64,000 nt of DNA. It comes from Candidatus Rifleibacteriota bacterium (GTDB lineage: Bacteria; Muiribacteriota; Ozemobacteria; Ozemobacterales; Ozemobacteraceae). The stretch spans positions 14,381-78,380 of the forward strand of contig JADFZL010000004.1 of NCBI GenBank assembly GCA_015232575.1, given 5' to 3'. The position numbers were made by a program, and so were the translations under genes. The notes under the pieces are model-generated. The model had not been told where the DNA came from, searched no databases, and saw only the letters and a list, made by a program, of their open reading frames with translations. Below are positions 29,429-40,766 of the stretch, piece by piece. Positions within the stretch are counted from its first letter, which is position 1. Each line of letters starts with the position of its first letter.

Positions 29429-30082
29429 TTATTTTTCAAAAAGTGCGTTGAATGAATTAACCATATCAGGGAAGTTGGGTCCAGGGACATCAACAATGTT
29501 GAGGTTACGTATGTAATCGAGTCTACCGGAAGCTTTGTCGAAGGTAAATCTTACACGGTTATGCAAAAACATTGGCTGCATTATTACATTCATCTTGTTG
29601 GTACATTCATCGAAGGTTTTAAACTTGTCGCTGATCTGGGATCGAAGAATTGAATTTCTTTCACGAAAATACAAGATACGACGAATGGCTTCTTTAAGAG
29701 TCAGAGGTGCTGGAGGGCTGTATACAAGTACGTACAATTTCCCGAAGAATATTTTTGCACTTGCCAAATGGCGTCTGGTTCCGGAGTCGTCTTTTTGCAA
29801 CATGCTGACCTTTGCAGCCGAAAAAGCATAGAACATTTTTTGCGAGACTTCTATCTGGGCATACTGAAACCGTACTTTCATCATTTTAGACATCACATTT
29901 TCCACGAGGCTTTGAATTTCGGCTTTATCGCTTAAATTTTCAACAAGTGGAAACAATTGATTGCATGATTGACATATTTCGCCGATCAACTTCATTGATT
30001 CTTGATCTATGGGCTGTGCATGGCAAATAATCGGAATAATCAGCAAGGCAAGAATTAACAATTTTTTTATTTGAATTTTCAT
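29429..30082 (-). CDS. Hypothetical secreted protein
   Basis: Signal peptide LLILALLIIPIICHAQ. Confidence 0.5.
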   Translation of the reverse strand: MKIQIKKLLILALLIIPIICHAQPIDQESMKLIGEICQSCNQLFPLVENLSDKAEIQSLVENVMSKMMKVRFQYAQIEVSQKMFYAFSAAKVSMLQKDDSGTRRHLASAKIFFGKLYVLVYSPPAPLTLKEAIRRILYFRERNSILRSQISDKFKTFDECTNKMNVIMQPMFLHNRVRFTFDKASGRLDYIRNLNIVDVPGPNFPDMVNSFNALFEK

Positions 30083-30267
30083 AAATTTCTCCTTTGAAGT
30101 TTCGTTTTGATTCTAACTTGGCTTACTCTGCAAAATATGGAATTGTTACATGGAGAATAAATAAGAATGTTACCGTGAAAATGAGCTGTTCAATTTTACT
30201 TGACTGTGAATTTATTCTAGTGCTAGTATTTTTTGTCAATTTTATGAGGGTAGAAGATAAATATCTG

Positions 30268-33090
30268 ATGAAAGTTTTCAATCTCATTCTGTTCATTTAT
30301 TTTTTATCTGTATTTTCAGTATTCGCGGAAAATACAGCTCAGGTTGTTGAATCTGAAATAAAAACTTATCGTGTTGCTGTAATCAAAGATTTTCCTCCTT
30401 TGTACATGGTTGGCATTTCTGGAAAACCTTACGGATTTGCTATTGATATTCTTGAGAGCATAGCCAGAAAAAAGAAATTCAATATTGAATATGTTATTAC
30501 AGAAAATTGGGGCTCAGCAGCAGAACTTGTAAGAAATTCCGAAGTTGATTTTGTACCAGGATATGGAATTACAGCAAGCCGTCAAAAAGAATTCCTTTTT
30601 TCTGCTGAAATAGAGAATATGCCGGTGAGTTGCTTTGTAAAAAAGAAAGAAACCCGTATATTGAAAATAGATGATCTCAAAAATCCTTCTTTTAAAACAG
30701 CAGTAATTCAAAATAGTGCTGCTTATACTGAATTGACTGAGCGTGGTGGTTTTTTCATCAGGCAGAAGAATAATATAGACGATGGATTGAATGCTTTATT
30801 AGCGGGTGAAGTCGATGCTTTCATTTTTCCTGAACCTGTTCTTTTGAAAAAAGTACAGGATATGGGAATTGAAGATCTTATAGCAATTGTTGATAGTCCT
30901 CTCATTTACCTTAAACGTGGCTATCTTTTTAGAAAAACAGACACCAAACTGCTTGAAATGTTTAACGCTGAAATATCCAACATTGTTAAATCGCAGGAAT
31001 ATTCACAAATTTATCACAAATGGTATGGTACCCCTGAACACTTCTGGACAATTAAAAAAGTCGCTTTCTTAATGCTGGCAGTTTTTTCCGTATTATCAAT
31101 TCTATTCATTCTTTGGAAAAATTATTCTGTAGGCGTTATTAATGAAAAACTCCTCAGAAGTGAAGAAAATCTCCGTATTACACTTGATTCGATTGGAGAC
31201 GCGGTAATATCTACTGATACTGCCGGTTTTATCACTCGAATGAATCCCATTGCAGAAAAACTTACCGGCTGGAGTTTGGCAGATGCTGTTGGGAAACCAC
31301 TTTCTGAAGTATTTAGAATTGTTAATTCCACTACTCGTCAGGTAGCACCCAATCCTGTTGAACATGTTCTTTCTTCTGGTGAGATTGTTGGACTTGCAAA
31401 TCATACAGCGCTTATTTCAAAAAGCGGCGCTGAATTCCAGATTGCCGATTCAGGTGCACCCATAAAAAACGCTTCAGGGGAAGTTGTTGGAGTTGTAATG
31501 GTATTCCGTGATGTAACAGAGGAATATAATGCTGTAACAGCTTTTAAGGCAGAACGCGAGCGATTTATAAATGTCCTGAAAGGAACCAATGTTGGAACCT
31601 GGGAATGGAATATTCAAACAGGGGAGATTCTTTTTAACGATCGCTGGGCTGAAATGCTTGGATACAAGCTGGAAGAGCTTTTACCAACGACTATAGTTAC
31701 AGTAGATCATCTGTTGTACCCTGATGACGCAAAAGCGGTCAATGCCCTTATTGAAAAGCATTTTCAAGGCGAATTGAATTCTTTTGAGTGCGAAGTCCGC
31801 ATGAAGCACAAAAATGGTACATGGATATGGGTTTTGAGCAAAGGGTGCGTTATATCCAGAGCTCCTGATGGCAAGCCGTTGACGATGTATGGTACACAGC
31901 AGAACATTAATGAGCGCAAGCTCGCTGAAAAAGAAAAAGAGAAACTTCAGGAGCAGCTTCTGCAATCGCAGAAGATGGAATCAATAGGCAGGCTTGCTGG
32001 TGGTGTCGCGCACGATTTCAATAATATGCTCAGTATAATTCTTGGACATGTTGACCTGGCTATGATTGAAAAAGAATTTTCCCAGAACAGTATTGAACAG
32101 ATAAGATCTGCGGCATTGCGCTCCGCTGATCTTACGAAACAGCTTCTGACATTTGCCCGCAAACAGGCTATTCAGCCGAAAGTTCTAAATCTGAACAGTG
32201 TAATATCGAATATGCTGGATATGCTTCGTAAGTTGATTGGAGAAAACATTAAGATTGAATGGAATCCAACAGAAGATCTGGGTTCTGTAAAAATTGACAG
32301 TACACAGGTTGAGCAGATACTGGCAAATCTTTGCATAAATTCCCGTGACGCAATAACCAGAAATGGGAATATTATCATCAGAACGGCAAATGCTGATTTC
32401 GATACTTCCTCTGGAGGGAAAAATACCTCAAATTCTCTTCATTCCGGAATGTATGTTATGTTGTCTTTGTCCGATAATGGTTGTGGAATGGACAAAGAAA
32501 CACTTTCCCATTTATTTGAACCGTTTTTTACGACGAAAGAGCTTGGCAAAGGTACCGGGCTTGGGTTATCGACTGTTTATGGAGCAGTTGAACAGAATGG
32601 TGGTTTTATAAACGTATACAGTGAGCCCGACTTGGGAACTACTTTCAAATTATATTTTCCACGACACGACATTTCAGAGAGCATAACATCTGAAAATATT
32701 CCCTCAGAAAAAACTTCATCTGTCAGCGGAACTCTTTTATTGGTAGAAGACGAACTTGTACTTGCCCAAATGGCTGAAAAAATGCTGAAAATCGGTGGAT
32801 ATAATGTTATCACGACAACATCAGCAGAAGAAGCGCTTCAGGTAATTCAGGAACATAAAGGGAAGATCGACATCATGCTTACTGACGTTGTGATGCCGGG
32901 AATGAATGGCTATGAGCTCTATTTGCAGGTTAAAGAATTATATCCGGACATTCAATGTCTCTTCATGTCAGGACATACGTCTGATGTTCTTTCCAGGCAG
33001 GGGATTGTGGAAGAGGGTTTAAACTTCATCCAGAAGCCATTCTCAATGAAAGGTTTGATTGCAGCCCTCGGTAATCTGCATGCTGGGTAA
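30268..33090 (+). CDS. Hybrid sensor histidine kinase. Periplasmic solute-binding (family 3) domain, transmembrane segment, two PAS domains, HisKA, HATPase and a C-terminal receiver.
   Basis: DHp H-box GGVAHDFNNML. HATPase motifs DNGCGMD and GTGLGLS. Receiver motif LLLVEDE...MLTDVVMPGMNG. Start taken at MKVFNL, where a signal peptide begins; the ORF track extends the frame upstream to 30094. Confidence 0.8.
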   Translation: MKVFNLILFIYFLSVFSVFAENTAQVVESEIKTYRVAVIKDFPPLYMVGISGKPYGFAIDILESIARKKKFNIEYVITENWGSAAELVRNSEVDFVPGYGITASRQKEFLFSAEIENMPVSCFVKKKETRILKIDDLKNPSFKTAVIQNSAAYTELTERGGFFIRQKNNIDDGLNALLAGEVDAFIFPEPVLLKKVQDMGIEDLIAIVDSPLIYLKRGYLFRKTDTKLLEMFNAEISNIVKSQEYSQIYHKWYGTPEHFWTIKKVAFLMLAVFSVLSILFILWKNYSVGVINEKLLRSEENLRITLDSIGDAVISTDTAGFITRMNPIAEKLTGWSLADAVGKPLSEVFRIVNSTTRQVAPNPVEHVLSSGEIVGLANHTALISKSGAEFQIADSGAPIKNASGEVVGVVMVFRDVTEEYNAVTAFKAERERFINVLKGTNVGTWEWNIQTGEILFNDRWAEMLGYKLEELLPTTIVTVDHLLYPDDAKAVNALIEKHFQGELNSFECEVRMKHKNGTWIWVLSKGCVISRAPDGKPLTMYGTQQNINERKLAEKEKEKLQEQLLQSQKMESIGRLAGGVAHDFNNMLSIILGHVDLAMIEKEFSQNSIEQIRSAALRSADLTKQLLTFARKQAIQPKVLNLNSVISNMLDMLRKLIGENIKIEWNPTEDLGSVKIDSTQVEQILANLCINSRDAITRNGNIIIRTANADFDTSSGGKNTSNSLHSGMYVMLSLSDNGCGMDKETLSHLFEPFFTTKELGKGTGLGLSTVYGAVEQNGGFINVYSEPDLGTTFKLYFPRHDISESITSENIPSEKTSSVSGTLLLVEDELVLAQMAEKMLKIGGYNVITTTSAEEALQVIQEHKGKIDIMLTDVVMPGMNGYELYLQVKELYPDIQCLFMSGHTSDVLSRQGIVEEGLNFIQKPFSMKGLIAALGNLHAG

Positions 33091-33096
33091 AGTTTC

Positions 33097-33633
33097 TTAT
33101 TGATTATTGAGCCGTCCTTTGGAAAACCTGCTGAACAGCCTTCCTAAAAACACAAACATTACAATACCAATTGTTATCATTTCAGTTATTCCGCCGAAGA
33201 AATATATTCCCCAGCCGCGGAATTTTGAAATAAACCAGAATGCTATACTGCAAAATATTAAAAGTACAATAAAATCGGCTATTGAATGAATAATGGTTAA
33301 TTCAGTGAGGGGAAAGATAAGTTTTATGAAAAAAAGACTCCCGGCAAGACAGAGTGGACCGGAAGCAACAAGCATCGCATCAGCCTGAATAAGGTTTGCA
33401 GAAAAAAATCTGTGTGCAATAAAGAGAATGATTGTTTCTAAAATAAAGAAAAGCAGGGATGCTCCAATAACGAAATTTGCGACAAAACGCCCATCACGAT
33501 CAGTTTTTCCTCTTTTTCCAATTGCCGCAAAAACTGCTCCGACAATCGGAAAAATGATTGCCACGGCAAATATTACAGTTTTATAAACAAAAACAGCTCT
33601 CATAAAAGCAATAAAGGTGTCACCGATAGTCAT
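33097..33633 (-). CDS. Hypothetical integral membrane protein (about 5 transmembrane helices)
   Basis: Hydrophobicity pattern. Convergent with the kinase gene. Confidence 0.5.
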   Translation of the reverse strand: MTIGDTFIAFMRAVFVYKTVIFAVAIIFPIVGAVFAAIGKRGKTDRDGRFVANFVIGASLLFFILETIILFIAHRFFSANLIQADAMLVASGPLCLAGSLFFIKLIFPLTELTIIHSIADFIVLLIFCSIAFWFISKFRGWGIYFFGGITEMITIGIVMFVFLGRLFSRFSKGRLNNQ

Positions 33634-33758
33634 TCTGATTCTCCAGCATCTGCACTCAAGTTTTATCCTGAATTAGATTTATCAACTTTAAAGCATTATT
33701 GGTTGAAATCTGATAATATCATTTAATGATTGATAATTCAAATTGCTGAATTCAGTAG

Positions 33759-35783
33759 ATGTTGCATTTTAATAAATATTCAGTCATAATATTATCCGGA
33801 AAAGATTCATATCTAATCAGAAGCGAGGTTTGGAAATCAGTGAACATATTCGTATGTGATCAGATACCTCTGGAGCCTTTCTATCAAAGACTTTCAGAGG
33901 AAAAGAATTTTAAGATATGTCATTTTGTCAGAGAAAAGAGAAGCTGGGGCGATAATACCTCAGCGGGCGTGTATATTATTCATGAGAAATCTCTGAATCA
34001 TGAATATCTTGGATTGCTCGAAATATTCTTTGTTTCTGCTGAGTCCAGGCCTGTAATAATTATTGGTGACAATATTGCACAGGATTACATTGAATCTCTC
34101 TTTGAGAATCGTGCGTTTCTTCACTTTACTACCCCGGTCGATGTCAACAAACTGATCGAAGCAATTGATGAACTGACAAAAAATGCGGCCGATTTTGGAA
34201 GAAAAAGAGTCGAAAAGGAACTTTCCAAAGCTCAAAAGCAGATCGAAGATCTATACCAGATTGGAATAGCACTTTCTTCTGAAAAAGATCACAATCGCCT
34301 TCTGGAGCTCATTCTTTCGAAGAGCCGTGAAATTGCCGGTGCAGATGCCGGAAGCCTTTATCTGGTGGAATCTGAGAATAATCTGCGCTTCAAGTTGTCT
34401 CAGAATAGCTCACTAGACTGGCAGGTGAATGAAAATCTTCTGATTCCAATAAATGAAAAAAGCATTGCCGGGCAGGCGGCCCAAAGCGGTGAGCCCATAA
34501 ATCTTCTTGACGCATATTTCATTCCTCCAAGTTTTTCATTCACATTTAACAGAACTTATGATGAAAAAACCGGATACAGAACGAAATCAATGCTCGCTGT
34601 ACCAATGAAAAATCAGGTTGGCGAAATTACAGGTGTAATTCAACTTATTAATAAAAGAAAAGATTTTGAAACTCACAGGCGTGGAGAGCCCTTGAGGGAA
34701 GAGAACATTATTCCGTTTAACCGGAAAGACCTTGACCTTTTGAGCTCTCTGACCTCTCAGGCGTCAATCGCTCTTGAAAATTCAAGGTTGTATCAGGATA
34801 TTAAAAATCTCTTTGAGGGTTTTGTCAAAGCATCGGTTGTTGCAATAGAATCAAGAGACCCAACAACATTTGGTCACTCAGAAAGAGTCGCTCTTCTTAC
34901 GGTTGCTTTTGCAGAAAAAATTGACCGCATTTCTGATGGCCCGTTTGCATCAGTTAACTTTGAAAAAAATGATCTTGTACAAATACGATATGCTTCTTTG
35001 TTGCACGATTTCGGAAAAGTTGGAGTAAGAGAGGAAATTCTCGTAAAAGCAAGAAAACTTTTTCCACTTGAACTGGAACAGTTGAAGAGCCGTTTTAAAT
35101 ACATAAGAAAGAGTATTGAAGCAGATCATTATCATCACTGCCTTGATTGCGCATTGAAAGATGGAGTAGAAAAGTTCAGACTGATTCAGCCGATTCTTGA
35201 TCTGAGATATTCTGAAAAGCAAAGCGAGCTTGATGAAATACTTCAATTCCTTATCAGATCAAACGAACCGACCGTTCTTGAAGAAGGTAATTTCAACAGA
35301 TTGCTTGACATTGCAAAAATGAAATATTCAGATTTTGATGGTCAGACCACAGACTATCTTACAGAAAGAGAAACTCACGTACTATCCATAAGAAAAGGTT
35401 CTCTTTCAGAGGCCGAAAGAATCGAAATTGAATCACACGTTACTCACACGTTTAATTTTCTTACAAAAATTCCATGGACAAAAAACCTTGGGCGAATACC
35501 TGAAATTGCTTATGCACATCATGAAAAGCTTAATGGCAGGGGATATCCGAATCATCTCGAAAATCTTTCTATCCCGATTGAATCGAAGCTAATGACTATA
35601 TGTGATATTTTTGATGCTCTTACAGCTCAGGACAGGCCCTATAAAAAAGCACTTCCGCTTGAAAAAGCTCTTGATATAATGTACACTGAGGTGAATCATG
35701 GTCTCCTGTCTAAAGAGCTTCTGGATATTTTTGTAACCAACAGGCTTTACAGGGTAATTGAAGGAAAAACTTTTAAACCCTGA
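33759..35783 (+). CDS. GAF-domain and HD-GYP-domain protein with a degenerate receiver-like N-terminal region
   Basis: LLHDFGKVGVREEIL and HHEKLNGRGYP. Confidence 0.85.
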   Translation: MLHFNKYSVIILSGKDSYLIRSEVWKSVNIFVCDQIPLEPFYQRLSEEKNFKICHFVREKRSWGDNTSAGVYIIHEKSLNHEYLGLLEIFFVSAESRPVIIIGDNIAQDYIESLFENRAFLHFTTPVDVNKLIEAIDELTKNAADFGRKRVEKELSKAQKQIEDLYQIGIALSSEKDHNRLLELILSKSREIAGADAGSLYLVESENNLRFKLSQNSSLDWQVNENLLIPINEKSIAGQAAQSGEPINLLDAYFIPPSFSFTFNRTYDEKTGYRTKSMLAVPMKNQVGEITGVIQLINKRKDFETHRRGEPLREENIIPFNRKDLDLLSSLTSQASIALENSRLYQDIKNLFEGFVKASVVAIESRDPTTFGHSERVALLTVAFAEKIDRISDGPFASVNFEKNDLVQIRYASLLHDFGKVGVREEILVKARKLFPLELEQLKSRFKYIRKSIEADHYHHCLDCALKDGVEKFRLIQPILDLRYSEKQSELDEILQFLIRSNEPTVLEEGNFNRLLDIAKMKYSDFDGQTTDYLTERETHVLSIRKGSLSEAERIEIESHVTHTFNFLTKIPWTKNLGRIPEIAYAHHEKLNGRGYPNHLENLSIPIESKLMTICDIFDALTAQDRPYKKALPLEKALDIMYTEVNHGLLSKELLDIFVTNRLYRVIEGKTFKP

Positions 35784-35788
35784 ACCTT

Positions 35789-37051
35789 ATGAAGAAAATA
35801 TTGTTCAGAGTAGTTTATCAGGCCGTTTTTGGATGTCTGTTCATTTTTTCTGCTTTTCTTATTCCGATAATAAAAGGATTTTCAAGAAGAATCAGGGATG
35901 GATTGAAAAATTATCTGGGTTTTTTACCTGTTCTCTTTTCTGGGAATACTGTCTGGTTTCACTCGGTATCGCTTGGCGAAAGTCTTGTTTCCTTCTCCGT
36001 TGCAGAGACACTGAAAGAAAGATTTCCAGAATTGATTCTGACTTTTACTTCGACCCACCCTGATTGTCTTAAGCTTGCGAAGAAAAAGAATTTTTTTTCA
36101 GCTTCAGCATATCTTCCACTGGATTTTTTTCCGTTTTTAACTAAAGCATTAAACAACTGGAAGCCACGCTTGGTGCTCATCTCAGAAACTGATTTCTGGC
36201 CGGAGTTTATCTGGCAGTGCAAACACCGTGGAATTCCTGTTTTTCTTATAAATGGCAGAATAAGCACGAAGCATGAAAAGGCTTTTTCTTCATTTCGATC
36301 ACTGGGTGAAAATGTTTTTGACTCGTTTCAATTGCTTATGGTACAACGGGATGAGGATCGGAAAAGATTGATTAACATGGGTGCATCACCTTCAAAGATT
36401 GTCATAAGCGGTAACATAAAAGCTGATATTAAAATAAAAATAGATAATACAGTCCTTGATGAAATGAAAAGATGGGTCGGAAACAGTAAAATAATGGTGA
36501 TTGGGTCCCTGCATCCGATGGAATTGGAAATTCTTTTTCAGTCATTAATCAGATTGATTCAAAATTATGGTCTTAAGATAATTATTGCGCCAAGAGAAAT
36601 TAAAAATGCGGAAATCTGGTACAGGAAATTTTCTGAAAATGGAATCATGTGTGTTTTACGGACTTCATTAAGCGATGACAGGGCCGGACAGGTAATGATT
36701 CTGAATACAGTTGGCGAACTTGCTTCTATTTATTCGCTTGCTGATTTTGCTTTTATTGGTGGTACACTTTCCAGAGAAGTTGGTGGACATAACCCATTTG
36801 AAATTCTTTACTTCGGAAAGCCTTTGATGATGGGTCCTTTCAGCCGCAATTTCAATGATCTGGCCGTTTCTCTTCAAGATTTGGGTGCTTGTCTGACAGT
36901 ATCCAATTCAGAAGAATTCGAAAAGAATGTATGCCGTTTGATTTCAGATGATTCTTTTGCTCAAAAAATCGGGTTGGCTGGCAAATCAGTGTTTTCAGCC
37001 AATAGGGGAGCAATGCAGAAAACCCTGGAAGAAATAAGTAAAATTATATGA
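35789..37051 (+). CDS. waaA: 3-deoxy-D-manno-octulosonic acid (Kdo) transferase
   Basis: N-terminal anchor. WFHSVSLGES motif. Length of about 420 aa. Confidence 0.75.
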   Translation: MKKILFRVVYQAVFGCLFIFSAFLIPIIKGFSRRIRDGLKNYLGFLPVLFSGNTVWFHSVSLGESLVSFSVAETLKERFPELILTFTSTHPDCLKLAKKKNFFSASAYLPLDFFPFLTKALNNWKPRLVLISETDFWPEFIWQCKHRGIPVFLINGRISTKHEKAFSSFRSLGENVFDSFQLLMVQRDEDRKRLINMGASPSKIVISGNIKADIKIKIDNTVLDEMKRWVGNSKIMVIGSLHPMELEILFQSLIRLIQNYGLKIIIAPREIKNAEIWYRKFSENGIMCVLRTSLSDDRAGQVMILNTVGELASIYSLADFAFIGGTLSREVGGHNPFEILYFGKPLMMGPFSRNFNDLAVSLQDLGACLTVSNSEEFEKNVCRLISDDSFAQKIGLAGKSVFSANRGAMQKTLEEISKII

Positions 37052-37407
37052 ATTACATCGGCTATCTGATATGGGGTTTTTCGATTGGCTGGATGAGCGG
37101 TTTGATGGGCCTTGGAGGCGGTGTCTTTGTTATTCCTACGCTGATGTTTCTATTTGGAATGACTCAGCATCAGGCGCAAGGTACAAGTGTTGCGATGATG
37201 CTTCCACCGATTGGTCTGCTGGCAGCCCTGCAATATTATAAAGAGGGTCATGTAGTTATTCCAGTGGCAATTTTCGGGGCAATCGGTTTTTTTATCGGAG
37301 GTCATTTCGGTGCTGGAACTGCTGTACATCTCAGTGATTCAGTTCTGAGAAAAATTTTTGGTACAATTATGGTTGTTATGGGAATAAAAATGCTTTTTTC
37401 CCGATGA
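37048..37407 (+). CDS. Small membrane protein with TauE/SafE-like Gly-rich transmembrane motifs, about half a full domain
   Basis: GLMGLGGGVFVIP. Its start overlaps the waaA stop by 4 bp (ATGA). Confidence 0.45.
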   Translation: MNYIGYLIWGFSIGWMSGLMGLGGGVFVIPTLMFLFGMTQHQAQGTSVAMMLPPIGLLAALQYYKEGHVVIPVAIFGAIGFFIGGHFGAGTAVHLSDSVLRKIFGTIMVVMGIKMLFSR

Positions 37408-37674
37408 TTTTTTAAAAAAATTTAAACTTTTACTTTTTTTTCTGGTATATTGTAAAGTGACTGTGAAACGCCATGGAAATTTATATCGTTGATTCAGAGA
37501 AAAAGAAGTGTATTACCAAATATTGAGAGGTTTTTACTGATGATTAAGAAATAATCTGTTTTTCCTCTTGACTGTTTTAAAAAAATCCTTACAATTTAGG
37601 TACTTATCTTTTCTTCGTAGAAAAGAACAAAATAGTAAAATTTATTTATAAATTATTACAGGAGGTCTTGACCA

Positions 37675-38442
37675 ATGAAGGTAAGATCATTACTGGGAAT
37701 CGTTCTTCTTGTTTCGTTTATTGCGGGTGGTGCCGCGTGGGCGTTCCATGACTATCGTGATCTCCAGATGGCCAACTCAATGAGAGATCGTGGTGACTTC
37801 TATGGTGCCAGAGGACTTTATTACAGAATTGCTACGGATTATTCAACTTCAGACAGTATTCGCAGGGAAGCCGGTTATTTCGTGGGCTTCTGCAATGTCA
37901 GACTTAACGATCACTGGGCAGCAATCAAAGATTTCAATTGGTTCCTCAAAAATTTTGACAATGGTAATCCTGCTTTTATTGCTGATGCAATCTTTGTTCT
38001 TGGAAGAACTTTCGAAGTTGTGAACGATTACATTGCTGCCAAAAGATGCTATTATGATTGCGCAAGACGTTTCCCCTATTCTGAATTTTCTGCAAAATCA
38101 AAAGACAGACTCAGAATGATGGGCGAGTATATCAATTTCTCAGTTTCTTCAATGAATATGGCTGATTCCAATGGTGAAGCAGCTGTTGAAGGTTCTGCTG
38201 ATTCAACACAGAAAGTTCAGATTGGCGCAGCCTCTAAGAACGATCCATTCGCAGGTTTCGAAATTGACCAGGCAAAAGTTAACCGTGTAAACAAATTCCT
38301 CATGTCAGTTGAAAAAATGGAAAATGTTGACGCTGCGGTTCGCGAACTTGCACCAGAAGATGGTCGCCTCGAAGTAGTTAAAAAAGGTCTTTCTTCACTC
38401 AAGGAAAAAAATAAATTCAATAATTTGCACGATGCAAAGTAA
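37675..38442 (+). CDS. Secreted TPR-like repeat protein
   Basis: Signal peptide LLVSFIAGGAAWA. Helical-repeat composition. Confidence 0.5.
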   Translation: MKVRSLLGIVLLVSFIAGGAAWAFHDYRDLQMANSMRDRGDFYGARGLYYRIATDYSTSDSIRREAGYFVGFCNVRLNDHWAAIKDFNWFLKNFDNGNPAFIADAIFVLGRTFEVVNDYIAAKRCYYDCARRFPYSEFSAKSKDRLRMMGEYINFSVSSMNMADSNGEAAVEGSADSTQKVQIGAASKNDPFAGFEIDQAKVNRVNKFLMSVEKMENVDAAVRELAPEDGRLEVVKKGLSSLKEKNKFNNLHDAK

Positions 38443-38481
38443 TTAGGAACTGATTTTTTAAAATAATCAAGGAGGAATACT

Positions 38482-40491
38482 ATGCGCCGTTTGTATGTAA
38501 TTGTTCTTGCTTCGGTTGTTCTGCTCGGAGGTCTTCCGATTAATGCAGCACCGAGCCCATTCGAAGAGAACAACACAAAAATAAATCTTAACCAACAGGT
38601 TTCGGCCACATCCGGAACAACACAGGATCCAAATGCTATTTCCCCGCAGTCGGTTGATCAGTTGCTTGTTCAAGTTTCTGCCGGCAATGCCCTTTCTGGC
38701 CAATACGGCGGAAATCATGTAATCAAACATGCTATTATCAAAGGTTCTGTCTTTCTGAAAGACGAAACCGGCGGTGATTATGAGCGCGTAAGACTTATTG
38801 ACAGAATCTTTTCGCAGCATGGCTGCAAGTTGACAAAACAGCAGAAAAATCCGAAGGAATCAGGCAACTTCTTCAACAAGAAAAGATGGATGGAAGCTAC
38901 TTACGAATTTGAGGGTAAAGATTATGTAGTTACTGCAATTATTGGTTACTACTCAGGCAAAAAACTTGCCGACGTTTCCCCCGAATCTATTCCAACAGAG
39001 CCAGACCTTGCTGAAGCAGTAGCTCTTGAAAAAAGAGCAGCCGAAGATGAAAAAGCCATTCTTGCATGGGAATTTGAACTTGACAAACTGATTGTTGAGC
39101 TTCCACAGAAGGGCGCTTTTGATTTCAGTGGCAAGAACAGAATTAAGGCCAGAATGGAAGAAATCAACAATACCCTTATTCCAAATAAGATGAGTGCTAT
39201 TGCCCAGGCGAAACAGCAGGCTGTCAGTAAGCTTAACGCGCTTGCAGTGAGCTATCAGAACAAGGGTGATTATGCTCAGGCACTTGCTTACTATAAACTT
39301 CAGGGAATTAATGATAACGCGACCAGAATTAACGCAGGCGATTGTTATCAGGCACTGCAATCTTATGATTCAGCTATTGCAATGTATTCAGCTGTCAGTC
39401 CACAGACTGAAACCTCGGTTCTTAAGGTGGCAGATTGCAGACACGCTCAGGGTAAAGATGCTGAAGCCGCAGCAAAACTTATGGAAGTCTTGCAGAGTTT
39501 CAACAACTCAACCGAAGAGCAGGCTGCTCTAAGAAAGATCGACGAATGGGGTATTCTCACCAGTCAGCCAGCCCTTGCACCTCAAATCAGCGATATTTAC
39601 CTGCGGAAAGCATTCATAAATGCTGGAAATACCTCTGCAGCAGCAGCTGCCGCAGCTGATTACAAACGCGCTTGTGAGTTGAAAGCAGCTGGAAATGGTG
39701 CTGAAGGCTCCAGACAGATTGTCGCCGGATACCAGGCTGCAGTAAACAAAGATAACCAGGATATTAATAACGCACGAATCGCCGCTGACAGCCGATTCAA
39801 CAGGGAACGCGAAAATGCAAGAATTTCTCTTGTGTCAGCAGAACGCAATTACGACAATGCTATGATAAGAGCTCGTGTTCAGTACAACGAAGAAGTTCGT
39901 TCCGTTGAGTCAAGACTCAGCTCAGCACGTTCAAGACTTTCTTATCTTCAGAGTCATCCTCCTGTGACACCTCCCAGCACTGGTGGAACTGATCCATACG
40001 GTGGTTCAACCAAGCCTTCAACTGGTGGTTCCTCAACTGATCCATACGGCGGCTCGACCAAGCCTTCAACCGGTGGCTCCTCTACAGATCCATACGGCGG
40101 ATCAAGCAAGCCTTCAAACAGCGGTTCAAGCACAGATCCATATAATGCCGGGACAGACCCATATTCAGGTTCTAGTGGAACAGACCCGTATTCAGGCGGA
40201 ACCGGTGGTTCTTATGAATATCAGCTTTCCCAGGCACGTGCAGAAGTTTCAAGGCTTGAGAGAGAATTAAGTTCACTCAGATATGATCAGGCTGGTTACA
40301 TTGCCAGAAGAACAGCAATTGAGGGTGCAGCGCTTCAGAATGCACAGAGCAATTACAGAAGATACGATCTCAGCAAAAAAGATGCGTATATCGAAAACGA
40401 CAGCGCAGTTTCAGCTGCAAGAAGCAATCTTGCATCTCACCAGCGTGCGCTTTCTACAACTCAAAGACTGGCTGCTGCAAACGGTTTCTGA
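38482..40491 (+). CDS. Secreted coiled-coil-rich protein carrying (S/T)[11 protein letters not shown] tandem repeats
   Basis: Signal peptide. RBS AAGGAGG upstream. Repeats at 39979-40210. Confidence 0.6.
   Translation: MRRLYVIVLASVVLLGGLPINAAPSPFEENNTKINLNQQVSATSGTTQDPNAISPQSVDQLLVQVSAGNALSGQYGGNHVIKHAIIKGSVFLKDETGGDYERVRLIDRIFSQHGCKLTKQQKNPKESGNFFNKKRWMEATYEFEGKDYVVTAIIGYYSGKKLADVSPESIPTEPDLAEAVALEKRAAEDEKAILAWEFELDKLIVELPQKGAFDFSGKNRIKARMEEINNTLIPNKMSAIAQAKQQAVSKLNALAVSYQNKGDYAQALAYYKLQGINDNATRINAGDCYQALQSYDSAIAMYSAVSPQTETSVLKVADCRHAQGKDAEAAAKLMEVLQSFNNSTEEQAALRKIDEWGILTSQPALAPQISDIYLRKAFINAGNTSAAAAAAADYKRACELKAAGNGAEGSRQIVAGYQAAVNKDNQDINNARIAADSRFNRERENARISLVSAERNYDNAMIRARVQYNEEVRSVESRLSSARSRLSYLQSHPPVTPPSTGGTDPYGGSTKPSTGGSSTDPYGGSTKPSTGGSSTDPYGGSSKPSNSGSSTDPYNAGTDPYSGSSGTDPYSGGTGGSYEYQLSQARAEVSRLERELSSLRYDQAGYIARRTAIEGAALQNAQSNYRRYDLSKKDAYIENDSAVSAARSNLASHQRALSTTQRLAAANGF
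39979..40210 (+). repeat. In-frame 48-nt tandem repeat. About 3 good units plus degenerate ones, encoding [16 protein letters not shown].
   Basis: Read directly from the sequence. Confidence 0.7.
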
Positions 40492-40544
40492 TCGTCAGAA
40501 AAATCTAATAACCCAGTTCAGTTTTGTTGAACTGACTTAAAAAA

Positions 40545-40579
40545 AATCAGGTGCTCAAATGGGCGCCTGATTTTTTTTC
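40545..40579 (+). terminator. Rho-independent terminator
   Basis: Stem aatcaggtgc / gcgcctgatt, followed by tttttttt. Confidence 0.6.
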
Positions 40580-40766
40580 GGCATTCAGAACTTAACTAAA
40601 TCTGCATAAGAAAAAATACGTTGAATATGAGAAAGAACTTGTATTATACTTTGAAAGTTGAAAGTGCAAGTCTGGCTGCGGTATAATTCAAGTTAATTCG
40701 TGGGGAAAACGTGATGAACCGAGTGTCTAATTGGTAAAATTAATTTTTGGAAGGGAGTTTTCTTTT

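Noticed and set aside
30094-30267. Upstream extension of the sensor kinase ORF
   Set aside because: No RBS, and it runs head-to-head into the neighbouring gene's start region. A signal peptide starts at the internal Met, MKVFNLILF.
35758-36063. 101-aa ORF overlapping the start of waaA in another frame
   Set aside because: It overlaps a well-supported Kdo transferase gene and has no independent signals.
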